IMG/VR virus record: IMGVR_UViG_3300009183_000002
Span: 1-64,000 of that record
Length of the DNA stretch: 64,000 nucleotides
DNA from: a virus
Direction: 5' to 3' (one strand)
Shown: positions 1 through 8,923 of the stretch, piece by piece
Position numbering within the stretch: position 1 is the first letter of the stretch
How the letters are laid out: every line of letters starts with the position of its first letter
Translations under genes and position numbers: made by a program
The notes under the pieces: model-generated
The model's input: only the letters and a program-made list of their open reading frames with translations
What the model was told of the DNA's origin: nothing
Databases searched by the model: none

Positions 1-1
1 T

Positions 2-139
2 AAAGAAGCCGTGTTTCAATCTCAATTGGAACGAGATGGTTTAACAAGCACTCCTTATGAAATCAGTGTTACTGTTGCGGCTAGCTCAAATAACCAAGGT
101 GTTTATGCATCGATGGACTGGGAGGAAATATCCAGGTAA
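2..139 (+). CDS. 3' end of a cyanophage (probably structural) protein, truncated by the window
   Basis: Open frame 2 reading KEAVFQSQLERDGLTSTPYEISVTVAASSNNQGVYASMDWEEISR*. Confidence 0.7.
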   Translation, partial: KEAVFQSQLERDGLTSTPYEISVTVAASSNNQGVYASMDWEEISR

Positions 140-174
140 GCTTTGGTAAACTAGATAAATAAAGGTATTTGATT

Positions 175-729
175 ATGTATACCCCCGGCCCTCAACAGTA
201 TCAACCTGTTGAAACTCCCCAGGCTCAGCCGGTTCCTCAACCTCAGGAAAAACCCAAGGCTCCAGCTAAATCAAAAGCTGGTGGTGATGTTGGTGCTTTC
301 ATTCAGCAGTTAATTGCACTGTCTGCTTATGTCAAAGAACTTGAGACGCAATCACATTTAATTCACCTCAACTACGAGGGGTCAAACTTCTTGGGTGTCC
401 ACGCATTTCTGAAAGATCAATATGAAGCACACGTAGAACAGTTCGATACTCTTGGTGAGTTTGTCCGCAGCATGGACTACCTCATGCCAATGTGTGGTTG
501 TGGTCTAAAAGATATGGCACCTCCTATGCAAGCAGTTACCTCTTATAAAGGTACCGACATGCTTGGTGTGTATTACAAAAACCTTGAAGAACTTGGCATG
601 AAAGCCAAGAAGCTTGAGCCTATTGCACAAAAAGTTGGTGCTATTGACATCCAGAATTACATGGCTGACCTTGTGGGTCAAGCATTTAAAACCGCATGGT
701 TTGTTAAGGCTACGTTAAGGAATAGCTGA
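175..729 (+). CDS. dps: Dps/ferritin-like protein with Pro/Gln-rich N-terminal extension
   Basis: Ferroxidase-type motifs HLNYEGSNFLGVHAFLKDQY...FDTLGEFVR; ATG at 175 chosen over the ORF-track start at 169. Confidence 0.8.
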   Translation: MYTPGPQQYQPVETPQAQPVPQPQEKPKAPAKSKAGGDVGAFIQQLIALSAYVKELETQSHLIHLNYEGSNFLGVHAFLKDQYEAHVEQFDTLGEFVRSMDYLMPMCGCGLKDMAPPMQAVTSYKGTDMLGVYYKNLEELGMKAKKLEPIAQKVGAIDIQNYMADLVGQAFKTAWFVKATLRNS

Positions 730-1607
730 TGGACGGTTCTTTATTTCAAACGTTTTTAAACAAAGCCAAACGTGGTTACGGGCAAGTAGATAAAAATGTT
801 TTTAGTGGGTTGTTGCCAGGAGGATCCGCTTCTCCTTTAGGTCCGCTTAAACAAGCTGTTGGAACTACTATTAAAGAAACTGCTTTGTCCACTGCTGGTT
901 CAGCAATGAATGCATTACCTGATCGAGCAAATCTTTTTGCACGTTATATGACTGGCGTTGGAAATCGCAACTTACAATTAGATCCATCAACATTAACTGA
1001 TCTAAGGAAAGCAACAGAACAAAGCCCAACAGTTATGCGGACATTTACACCAAAACCTTTTTCTGCTGCTCAAATTGAACAAATTAAAAACTCTTCTGAT
1101 AATCCCGGAACTATTGGCAAGAGCCTTGAATTTTTAAAATTTATAGAAGAAGCTAAAAACCCAAAACCAATTACCGTGTCTATACCTTCTTATGGACCAG
1201 GTCTTCCACAAAGTGGTCCTGTCTACCCATATGCTACTGCTCCAAAATCTGTAACAAATACTTTAGGTAGATTTAATGCAACAGTCAATCCTTCTGCAAA
1301 TACAATTCAAATGAATGATGTTTATGACATGGTTAATTCAGCTGAAGATCCTAATCTTATTATTGGAAAAATCCAACCGCAACGCGCATGGAATGCTCTT
1401 AAAGGTATTTGGAGTTCAGATTTTCCCGGACCAAAATCTTCTGGCTATACTCCAACAGCTGCAATTGCAACGGCCAAAGCAAGTGCAGACAGCTCAACAT
1501 TTAGTCCATTAACTCGAGTAGCAAGAGCTGCAATGTACATGACGCCTTGGAAACCAACTCCATATGAAGTTAATGTGACAGTTCCTTATCGAGGTCCAAT
1601 AGAATAA
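729..1607 (+). CDS. hypothetical protein (possibly virion-associated)
   Basis: 292-aa ORF, coupled to the dps stop (TGATG). Confidence 0.7.
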   Translation: MDGSLFQTFLNKAKRGYGQVDKNVFSGLLPGGSASPLGPLKQAVGTTIKETALSTAGSAMNALPDRANLFARYMTGVGNRNLQLDPSTLTDLRKATEQSPTVMRTFTPKPFSAAQIEQIKNSSDNPGTIGKSLEFLKFIEEAKNPKPITVSIPSYGPGLPQSGPVYPYATAPKSVTNTLGRFNATVNPSANTIQMNDVYDMVNSAEDPNLIIGKIQPQRAWNALKGIWSSDFPGPKSSGYTPTAAIATAKASADSSTFSPLTRVARAAMYMTPWKPTPYEVNVTVPYRGPIE

Positions 1608-1612
1608 AAATA

Positions 1613-1945
1613 GTGAAGGGCGACCCCAGACTTTCGGGGCGAGGTACATTTAATGCAGTTAACCTAGCTGCACCCTTCATATTTTTGGGACCTCCTTTTA
1701 GGCTATGGGCCTAACGAGTATCCCGTATTGCGGGTCCCATCCCCGCTGGGTTCTTTAGCAAGATCAAAGAACGCACCCTTCCGTTTAGCCGGAAGTACAC
1801 TGAACCCGATACAAATGCAGAGCAGGTACACAATAAGTATAACAAAAAACCCCGGTTCAGGCCAGGGTAAATAAACAATCCACACCCGCCCCTTTCGGAA
1901 CACTCTTCTATGTAAGGTGGAACGGACTCGACTGTCCGCGTAGAA
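1613..1945 (+). ncRNA. cluster of putative structured RNA domains
   Basis: Nested stems: 1613-1620/1673-1680, 1686-1692/1733-1739, 1748-1753/1802-1807, 1906-1912/1939-1945; G-U wobbles favour the + strand. Confidence 0.5.
1844..1868 (-). terminator. probable intrinsic terminator for the minus-strand small-gene operon
   Basis: Minus strand reads ACCCTGGCCTGAACCGGGGTTTTTT. Confidence 0.55.
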
Positions 1946-1953
1946 AGTTTAAC

Positions 1954-2121
1954 TTATTTTTTCTTGGGAGGCATAGCCTTCTTGGCTGGCACTGCTCCTT
2001 TCTTAGGAGGCACCGCACCTTTCTTGGGTGGTACTGCTTCTTTCTTGCCGCCCTTTTCAGGGACTGCTTTACCGGCGGGGACCATGCCTTTACCGGGAAC
2101 AAACTTTTTACCTTCAGCCAT
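1954..2121 (-). CDS. 55-aa Lys/Pro-rich repeat protein (histone H1-like tail)
   Basis: Own translation: MAEGKKFVPGKGMVPAGKAVPEKGGKKEAVPPKKGAVPPKKGAVPAKKAMPPKKK*; TATAAT at 2144-2149; missed by the ORF track. Confidence 0.75.
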   Translation of the reverse strand: MAEGKKFVPGKGMVPAGKAVPEKGGKKEAVPPKKGAVPPKKGAVPAKKAMPPKKK

Positions 2122-2156
2122 GATTAAAAGTATCTCTTCAGTAATTATAGATTAAA

Positions 2157-2366
2157 TTACTTATCTTTGTAACGTTTGGCGGCACGTGCTGCCTTACCTG
2201 CTTTCTTTGCTGCATCCGTGTTAGACACAAATTGTTTGCCTTCTTTACTGCCAGTGCGTTTCTTGCGATCAGTCTCTTCACGTTCTTCTTTTGACAATGA
2301 AGCCCACGCTTTTTCAGGTAGGTAACGCTTGGTATATCCGTCTTGTATAGCCTTATCACTTGCCAT
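2157..2366 (-). CDS. basic protein, C-terminal half of a DUF5872-like protein
   Basis: MASDKAIQDGYTKRYLPEKAWASLSKEE...GKQFVSNT. Confidence 0.65.
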   Translation of the reverse strand: MASDKAIQDGYTKRYLPEKAWASLSKEEREETDRKKRTGSKEGKQFVSNTDAAKKAGKAARAAKRYKDK

Positions 2367-2637
2367 CTTTATACCTCTTGGCTGCAGCTTTAGCTTTACC
2401 GCGTTTCTCGTACTCGTCTTTGGTTTGCCATTTTTCCTCACCCCACTTCTCTAAAGATTTTTGTTTTTCTCCTTTACTTCCCTTATATCCTCCACCTGCT
2501 TTTTCATATTCTTGAACTAAAAGTTGGGATCTACGCGCACTCCATTGGCCTGGTTTACCAGCTTTGGAGCTTTCCATGATGCGATCTTTGATTCGCTCAC
2601 GTAACTCAGGTTTTGTATACTTATTGTCCTGAGACAT
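2356..2637 (-). CDS. basic protein, N-terminal half of a DUF5872-like protein
   Basis: YTKPELRERIK...GQWSARRSQLLVQEYEKAGGGYKG...LEKWGEEKWQTK. Confidence 0.7.
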   Translation of the reverse strand: MSQDNKYTKPELRERIKDRIMESSKAGKPGQWSARRSQLLVQEYEKAGGGYKGSKGEKQKSLEKWGEEKWQTKDEYEKRGKAKAAAKRYKDGK

Positions 2638-2818
2638 CAGTATTATTTTTTCTTTCTTCTAGTATTTTAGCCCACCTACACGGTTTGGCAGTCTTCTCCC
2701 AATCTCTTGGTGGGTTGGGAATCAACTCCTCTAGCTTTTGAAAGTAATCTTGTAGCCTCTGGGCTACAGTTGGCAATTCAATGGCCAAGATTAGTGGGCA
2801 ACTCTTTGTGGCTGCCAA
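2621..2818 (-). CDS. small hypothetical protein (true start uncertain)
   Basis: ORF filling the gap between coupled minus-strand genes. Confidence 0.45.
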   Translation of the reverse strand: MAATKSCPLILAIELPTVAQRLQDYFQKLEELIPNPPRDWEKTAKPCRWAKILEERKNNTDVSGQ

Positions 2819-3050
2819 ACTTTTCCATGATTTCGTCTACATGTTCCAAAGATTCCAGCCGCATTAGAACATCCGTCAAACTACTGATGACAACAGGGTG
2901 TTCGGTGCGTGCAGCAAAAGCTAATGCTTCGCGCAGATTACCGGCTGCTTCGTTGACAGATTCTTTGACTTGGCTGGAGAGAGACATCTGAAATCTTTTG
3001 GTATGTTTAATACTACTGCATGGACAGTTTAATTTTCTGTCCAAAGCCAA
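2778..3050 (-). CDS. conserved-looking cyanophage hypothetical protein
   Basis: Core LSSQVKESVNEAAGNLREALAFAARTEHP; true start probably near 2987. Confidence 0.65.
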   Translation of the reverse strand: MALDRKLNCPCSSIKHTKRFQMSLSSQVKESVNEAAGNLREALAFAARTEHPVVISSLTDVLMRLESLEHVDEIMEKFGSHKELPTNLGH

Positions 3051-3628
3051 CCGACTTGATAACCATCAAAACAAGGTTCAATATCAAGGGATTCCATTAG
3101 TTCATAAATGAGTCGTCCTTTGCCTAAGCGTTGTCCACTCGGTGCTATAAGATTGTCATCCACCACAATCATGGTTCCTTCCTTAATGCAGTTCTTTGCA
3201 GCAAACAATTCCTTCAGATGGTGGGCAGCGGGTGCCCAGTCGTTATTCCAATCTGTAATGTTGTAGGAGTCCAGGTACAGCAGATCAACTTTGCCTTCTA
3301 GCGTGCCAAGGAATTCAACCGAGTCTGACTCGATAACCTCAGTAAAATACGTATTTTCTTTGGCTAATTCGCACGCTTCAGGGTCGACATCCACCGAAAG
3401 GACCACGCCACCGTGGTAATCCACAAAAGTATCAAAGAGAAGGGTGGAGCAACCGTCGCCTTCGTAGTTGTTTTCCTCGCGGTAGGTCCCAGTTTCAACG
3501 ATGACCGGACTATTGAGACCGGATAGGAAATCAAAAATTTGTTGAAACCCCTCGCTGCGTTTATTTAAACGGGGCTTGATGCTGCTGAAATACTCATTCC
3601 ACGAGGCAGGAAAGCTATCGGCGCCCAT
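3029..3628 (-). CDS. class I SAM-dependent methyltransferase (Methyltransf_24-like)
   Basis: IVETGT, SVDVDP, DSVEFL, VDLLYLDS, VVDDN motifs. Confidence 0.75.
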   Translation of the reverse strand: MGADSFPASWNEYFSSIKPRLNKRSEGFQQIFDFLSGLNSPVIVETGTYREENNYEGDGCSTLLFDTFVDYHGGVVLSVDVDPEACELAKENTYFTEVIESDSVEFLGTLEGKVDLLYLDSYNITDWNNDWAPAAHHLKELFAAKNCIKEGTMIVVDDNLIAPSGQRLGKGRLIYELMESLDIEPCFDGYQVGWLWTEN

Positions 3629-3634
3629 AACAAA

Positions 3635-3796
3635 TTACAAATCTATTCGAGTATAGTCGATTTCTTTTTGTTGAAGCGATTGCTCGTGGCTATTCGCTTC
3701 ATCGGTATCAATGTCTTCAAAAGATACGTTATTGGTACACCCGCTTGGATTGTCACAGCGTGTGTTGTAATAAAAACGTGTTATAGAACAGGACAT
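3635..3796 (-). CDS. small hypothetical protein
   Basis: MSCSITRFYYNTRCD...YTRIDL; ATG 3796 more plausible than the longer ORF. Confidence 0.5.
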   Translation of the reverse strand: MSCSITRFYYNTRCDNPSGCTNNVSFEDIDTDEANSHEQSLQQKEIDYTRIDL

Positions 3797-3984
3797 GACC
3801 AGGCTCCTGAATTTAAAAACGTATTGGTTTAACGGTGGGCCACCATGGTTTGGATGAAGATTGCGACATCTATTGCTGCCAGGATAAAGATGGCGCCAAA
3901 CACAACGGAGATACGAGTAGTTAAGTTGTGCATTTACGAAAGGTAAGTTATGCGTTAAGCTAAGACTAATATACAAAACCGTCC

Positions 3985-4842
3985 GTGGTTGCTAAACTGA
4001 ATAAGAACGATCCTTGGATTAAAGCTGAGGACGAGCAACCTGAAGTTATGCGGTCAATTAATCGGGCCGCTGCCAGGATTACACTCAACGGTAGGCGGCA
4101 CTATACCACTCCGTTGGAATGCGGTCCTGTTCCGTCCGTAACTACGATTATCTCAGAGACTGCTTCCGAAGCAAACAAACGGAAGCTGGAGATGTGGTCA
4201 AAAAATAATCCAGGTGTTAAAGAGCAGGCAGCCGAAAGGGGTACGGCTATCCACTATGGTATGGAGCAGTACCTCAAAGGTAATAAAACGCCGGACATCA
4301 AAGATGAGTACATGGATTTTTGGTCGGGCATGCCGCCAATCTTGGATCAATTTCAAGAAATACTTTGGGCCGAATCACCAATCCTTGAAAAGTTTGATTT
4401 TACTATCGGCGCTGATGACGTGGCTCGTGTGTGGGGTTGCGATGACCAAGGGCGCGGCTGGGCTGGTGCTCCTGACATCATTGCTGTGGCTAATGGTAAG
4501 CTTACTCTCGCTGATTTAAAAACCAGCGTCAAACCTTATAGTCGTAAATGGCCTAAAAATTTAGAGAAGGGAACGCCAGAATGGCGAGACTTACTTGGAG
4601 GACATCTTAAATTTAAAAAGTGCATTTTACAGATGTGCGCTTACGATCTAGCTATTACCCAGACCTTGGGAATGACTGTGCAGCAAGCTGCAATTTTAGT
4701 TTCAACACCAGTTCGCACACAAATTTTTAAAATCTCTCGGAATTATTTAAATATAATGCATGAAAAATGGTATAAACTTGTAGCGGAATACTACGCGCAA
4801 GTTGAAGAAGGCGGTGTCCATGACCCAGATTTGATTGGTTAA
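3985..4842 (+). CDS. PD-(D/E)XK exonuclease (Cas4/MGME1-like phage exonuclease)
   Basis: PSVTTII, AAERGTAIH, AGAPD...ADLKTS, LQMCAY motifs. Confidence 0.85.
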   Translation: MVAKLNKNDPWIKAEDEQPEVMRSINRAAARITLNGRRHYTTPLECGPVPSVTTIISETASEANKRKLEMWSKNNPGVKEQAAERGTAIHYGMEQYLKGNKTPDIKDEYMDFWSGMPPILDQFQEILWAESPILEKFDFTIGADDVARVWGCDDQGRGWAGAPDIIAVANGKLTLADLKTSVKPYSRKWPKNLEKGTPEWRDLLGGHLKFKKCILQMCAYDLAITQTLGMTVQQAAILVSTPVRTQIFKISRNYLNIMHEKWYKLVAEYYAQVEEGGVHDPDLIG

Positions 4843-4845
4843 GTT

Positions 4846-5019
4846 ATGCGTTGGGATCCAAGTGAAAAAGAAACCAGGCAGAAGATGATCGCATGGTCTG
4901 TCGCAACTGAGACTTGTGTGCAGACCAAAAAGGATCCTGTATTGATTTATAACAGAATCTTAGAACGTAACAAAGGAAAAGATAAGGATTGTAATGAGTC
5001 TATTGCTGAGACTAATTAG
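4846..5019 (+). CDS. 57-aa hypothetical protein
   Basis: Own translation MRWDPSEKETRQKMIAWSVATE...; starts 3 nt after the upstream stop. Confidence 0.55.
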   Translation: MRWDPSEKETRQKMIAWSVATETCVQTKKDPVLIYNRILERNKGKDKDCNESIAETN

Positions 5020-5099
5020 ACTTTCTGATTCCAGGGGATGTCCCTAGACTTGCTGGATTGGTCGCCCTAGGATAAGAAAACACTCAACTACCGCCCCCA

Positions 5100-5273
5100 A
5101 TGGAAATTCGTATTTCCGTTGGTGAGTGGATGAACGCGCTCCAAAATCGCATGTCTAATGCGGTTGACGGAGATTGTTTTTGTCTGCCCACCGACATGCA
5201 CCTGCATGCTTACATGCTTGTAAAAGAGGGCTCATTCCCAGACCGAGACTTTAAAGTGGAGGTAACCAAATAA
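5100..5273 (+). CDS. 57-aa hypothetical protein
   Basis: Own translation MEIRISVGEWMNALQNRMSNAVDGDCFCLPTDMHLHAY...; ends just before the primase start. Confidence 0.6.
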   Translation: MEIRISVGEWMNALQNRMSNAVDGDCFCLPTDMHLHAYMLVKEGSFPDRDFKVEVTK

Positions 5274-5277
5274 AAAA

Positions 5278-7926
5278 ATGACAAGCAAAAACAAGCAAGC
5301 TCTACGCCCAGGAGAAATCCGTCTTGACTACCTACCCCTCGACTGGCCGCTCACACCGCTGGGAGAAAATAAAGATCCCTACGTTACGGGCTGGCAAAAT
5401 AAACCGTTCAGCGTTCGCGAGATTGAGGAGGAAACACTCACTAACCGTTGTAAAGCCATCGGTCTTTTGGGAGGTCCTGTCTATAACCATCCTTATGGTT
5501 TGGTGTGGGTTGATGTTGATGGACCGAGCGTTTACGCGGTTATCAAAGAACTCGCCGATGAAAGTGATGTTGATAAAGCACTACCCCCAACGCTGACTAT
5601 TTGTAGCGGTAAAGAAGGGCGCGAACGTAAACTTTATCGTCTGGATCGGGAAAAACATAAGCATTTTGTTCGCAACAAATACACCTGGCACGGCGAGGGA
5701 GACAAGGAGAAACTTGAAATCTTGTGGAAGCGGCACCAAGGTGTGTTGATGGGTCTGCACCCAGAGACTGCTGGGTACTACACCGCAGAAGGGCAAGGGT
5801 TTGAGTGGGTTGAAAAGCTGCCTGAATTCCCGGCTTGGTTGTTGAATGCCATCATCAACAAGAATGTCAAGCAGGGAGTTCCCGCCAAAGAAACTACTCG
5901 TATCATTGGTCCTACCTTTGCGATACACGCAGAGATGAATTTGGATCGTGATATGCAATTGGCGCAGGAAGCAATGTGGGCATTGCCCCCAGAAGCCTGT
6001 GATGATTACGACATTTGGATCACGATTGGCCAGACGCTTCACTCAACAGATGAATCGTTGCTTGAGGCGTGGGATGAATGGTCAAAACAATCAGATAAAT
6101 ATCGGGATGGTGAGTGCCAGCGGCGGTGGCTTTCCTTTAGCAAAGGTGGCGGTCGTGGCTTGGGTTCACTTATTCATATTGCCCAAGAGCATGGCTGGAA
6201 ACCATCTCAAGATCATCGGGCAATGAGCGTAGACGACTCCACTTTGGAGCATTCGGCCAAACTTTTAGAACAATACGGGGATGATTTAATGCCAGAAATT
6301 GAGACTCAAGTTGAGACGGTTGATCGTCCAGCAAAAACAAAGAGTGGTTGGGCTAAAAAACCAAAGACCACCTCAAGAAAGAAAAGAGATGAAGAAGATG
6401 AAGAAGGTGGTACTCGCAACCCTTCTTTCGATGCAATAACAACTGTTCTCCTACAAACATACGCGGGTAACTTGTTGTATAGCCAGACACAAGCCTGCTT
6501 CTATCTTTACCAATACGCCGGATCAAAAGGTGTGTGGCGTAGTTTGACCGAAGCTGAAATTAAGGGTGACATTAAAAACAACCTTGAAGAGTTAAAGGAG
6601 AAACTGCTGCCCGGCGGGTACAACATTAGGTTGCTCAATGATGTAATGGAGCAGCTTCGTATCACCGTTCTTTTTGATGACTGGTATGAAGGCAATGAAT
6701 ACCTGCTATTTACCAATGGAATTCTCAACGTCGAAACCCGTGAACTGCTTCCCTTCGATAGGGAAATGTATATCACGCAGCAATTGCCCTATGACTATGA
6801 TCCAGGAGCAACTTGTGAAACAATCGTTAAGTGGCTTAAAGAAGTCCAAGACGGAAGCTGGCAACGAGTCCAAGTCTTGAGGGCTTGGCTGCGGGCTGTC
6901 CTACTTAGTAACTCGGACATCCAGAAGTTTGTTGAGATTGTGGGCCCTGGTAAGTCTGGTAAGTCAACCTACTCAAACCTGGCTCATGCCTTGGTGGGTG
7001 ATGAGAACGCAATGATCTCATCGCTTGAGCACCTAGAAAAGAATAGGTTTGAGACTGCGAACCTTTATAAGAAAAAGCTGTTGCTCTTTAATGATGTTGA
7101 GCGTTACGGTGGTTCGGTCTCGGTTCTTAAGGCACTCACTGGCCGTGACTTAATTCGTAACGAACGTAAGTTTCAAGCTGGCTCCCAGAAACCATTTAAG
7201 TTCAATGGTCTGGTCATGATTACCGCCAACGAACCTATCCAAACCACGGATCCAACTTCAGGTTTGGCACGGCGGCGTCTGACAATTCCATTCGATAAAC
7301 CCTTTACTGGTAACTCGTCTGAGCAACGGACACTCATTGATATGGATGATAAAGGTCGTCCATTCGGTGAGTTTGCTCCGCTACTACCTGGTTTGGTGAA
7401 CTGGGTACTTGATTTGTCGGAAGCTGAGATGCGTGAATACTTGATGGAGACGACCCAGAAGGTACACTTCTTTGCAAAGCACCATCGTGAACAAATCCTG
7501 AAGTCCAACCAGATCATGGATTGGATGGAGCACTGCTTGGTCTTTGATCCAGGTATTTCAACTGCTATTGGACTTGCTAAACAATCTGCAGGTGGTGCTT
7601 CCAATATTTACGTCTCCTGGGATACGTGGTTGTACGCTAGTTATTGTGAGTTCTCACGTGGATCAAACAGCAACATCCTTGGACGTAGCCGTTTTGAAAC
7701 TCTGCTAATGGACGTTTGTGTTCACCAGCTGGGTTTAAATGTTTACAAGTTTAAGAGTCGTAAAGGTATGCGTGTTGTAAACATTGCTTGCCGCTCGTCT
7801 GATCAAAAGTATGAGAAGTTTCCCTCCATTGTGGAAGTTGGCTTGAACAAAGAAGAGTGGCGTGTCCACTATGGCGATGTTCTTGACAAGAAAAATGATT
7901 CGCAACCAAACTTGCAAGATGAGTGA
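5278..7926 (+). CDS. bifunctional primase-polymerase / PriCT-2 / D5-like SF3 helicase
   Basis: N-terminal WVDVDG Prim-Pol motif, YDIWITIGQTLH PriCT-2 segment, Walker A GPGKSGKST, ITANEPI, LARRRLTIPF. Confidence 0.92.
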   Translation: MTSKNKQALRPGEIRLDYLPLDWPLTPLGENKDPYVTGWQNKPFSVREIEEETLTNRCKAIGLLGGPVYNHPYGLVWVDVDGPSVYAVIKELADESDVDKALPPTLTICSGKEGRERKLYRLDREKHKHFVRNKYTWHGEGDKEKLEILWKRHQGVLMGLHPETAGYYTAEGQGFEWVEKLPEFPAWLLNAIINKNVKQGVPAKETTRIIGPTFAIHAEMNLDRDMQLAQEAMWALPPEACDDYDIWITIGQTLHSTDESLLEAWDEWSKQSDKYRDGECQRRWLSFSKGGGRGLGSLIHIAQEHGWKPSQDHRAMSVDDSTLEHSAKLLEQYGDDLMPEIETQVETVDRPAKTKSGWAKKPKTTSRKKRDEEDEEGGTRNPSFDAITTVLLQTYAGNLLYSQTQACFYLYQYAGSKGVWRSLTEAEIKGDIKNNLEELKEKLLPGGYNIRLLNDVMEQLRITVLFDDWYEGNEYLLFTNGILNVETRELLPFDREMYITQQLPYDYDPGATCETIVKWLKEVQDGSWQRVQVLRAWLRAVLLSNSDIQKFVEIVGPGKSGKSTYSNLAHALVGDENAMISSLEHLEKNRFETANLYKKKLLLFNDVERYGGSVSVLKALTGRDLIRNERKFQAGSQKPFKFNGLVMITANEPIQTTDPTSGLARRRLTIPFDKPFTGNSSEQRTLIDMDDKGRPFGEFAPLLPGLVNWVLDLSEAEMREYLMETTQKVHFFAKHHREQILKSNQIMDWMEHCLVFDPGISTAIGLAKQSAGGASNIYVSWDTWLYASYCEFSRGSNSNILGRSRFETLLMDVCVHQLGLNVYKFKSRKGMRVVNIACRSSDQKYEKFPSIVEVGLNKEEWRVHYGDVLDKKNDSQPNLQDE

Positions 7927-8279
7927 TGAGTGACGGCAGGCATCTGATTTTGGATCTTTACGATTGTGATCGGGAAATCCTGAATAATTATGAAGGTCTA
8001 GAAACGCTGTTGCAGACGGCGCTTCAGATGGCTGACGCTACTATCCTCCGAATTTTTGGACACAAATTTGAACCGCAAGGAGTCACACTGCTAGCACTGC
8101 TAGCGGAATCACACGCAAGTATCCACACTTGGCCTCAAGTTGGCTACGCAGCAATTGATTTATATACTTGTGGCAACACCACACAAACTCACAAGGCTGC
8201 TGAGTTTTTAAAACACAAACTTAAAGCGGAAACATGTGAGCAAAAAGAAATTCAAAGAAAAGTATTTAAAGATCTTTAG
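7926..8279 (+). CDS. speD: S-adenosylmethionine decarboxylase proenzyme (pyruvoyl class 1b)
   Basis: GRHLILDLYDC, HKFEPQGVT, LLAESHASIHTWP (E-S cleavage site), DLYTCG. Confidence 0.9.
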   Translation: MSDGRHLILDLYDCDREILNNYEGLETLLQTALQMADATILRIFGHKFEPQGVTLLALLAESHASIHTWPQVGYAAIDLYTCGNTTQTHKAAEFLKHKLKAETCEQKEIQRKVFKDL

Positions 8280-8844
8280 GCCAAAAAGTCTCTAGACGAT
8301 GAGCTAATGCTTCGGCATATGCTTTTTCTTTTGTTGGAAAACAACCAACGTAAAATCTTTGCGTTCCATTTTTATACTCGGCTTGCCAAGAAGATGATCC
8401 TGTGACAGGATAAACATATCGATACCCCGTTATATTTTTAATTTTTTGATTTTTCTTTTGTAAGGAAGCATCAGCCCATCTCAGATTACCTGGTGCATAA
8501 TTTTCAGTACCTTTGATACGATCTAAAGAAAAGCCTTGTTGTTTTGGGCCAAGGTGCATTTCAACGTATTCTAAAAACAAACAAAAACCATTACTCCACC
8601 GTTTATGTACAGGGTGCCTACTTTTATCACGCCAAGGATGGTACACACCTACTCCAAGTGCGCCATATCTGGTATAAGATTTAGCACTAGGAGAACAGCA
8701 ACGTTCATTCATGCCACGCCAAGTATTGTATAAAACGTGCTCAGACATTAAACCAGTACGCGTTTTAATTTCTTCCAAAGAGATTGCAAATAAATTAGGT
8801 TTTGGCATTTGCTTGTCGTGTTCTTCTCTTAGTTTACTGCACAA
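8266..8844 (-). mobile_element. free-standing HNH-type homing endonuclease with AP2 domain
   Basis: YNTWRGMNERC...SLDRIKGTENYAPGNLRWA; C-terminal TGYRYVY...WQAEY...VGCFPTKEKA. Confidence 0.75.
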
Positions 8845-8923
8845 TGGCCTGAATACAAGGAGCAGAAATAATCTAATTATCTGTGTATAATTTTAAGGTT
8901 TAGCAATCAAGGATACTGCCTGC

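Noticed and set aside
1613-1680. Pistol ribozyme on the minus strand (hairpin + TTAAA + pseudoknot)
   Set aside because: The P2/P3 arrangement and GU cleavage context are missing, and wobble pairs favour the plus strand.
3985-4842. cas4 as part of a CRISPR system
   Set aside because: Solo PD-(D/E)XK exonuclease next to the primase; no other cas genes or array.
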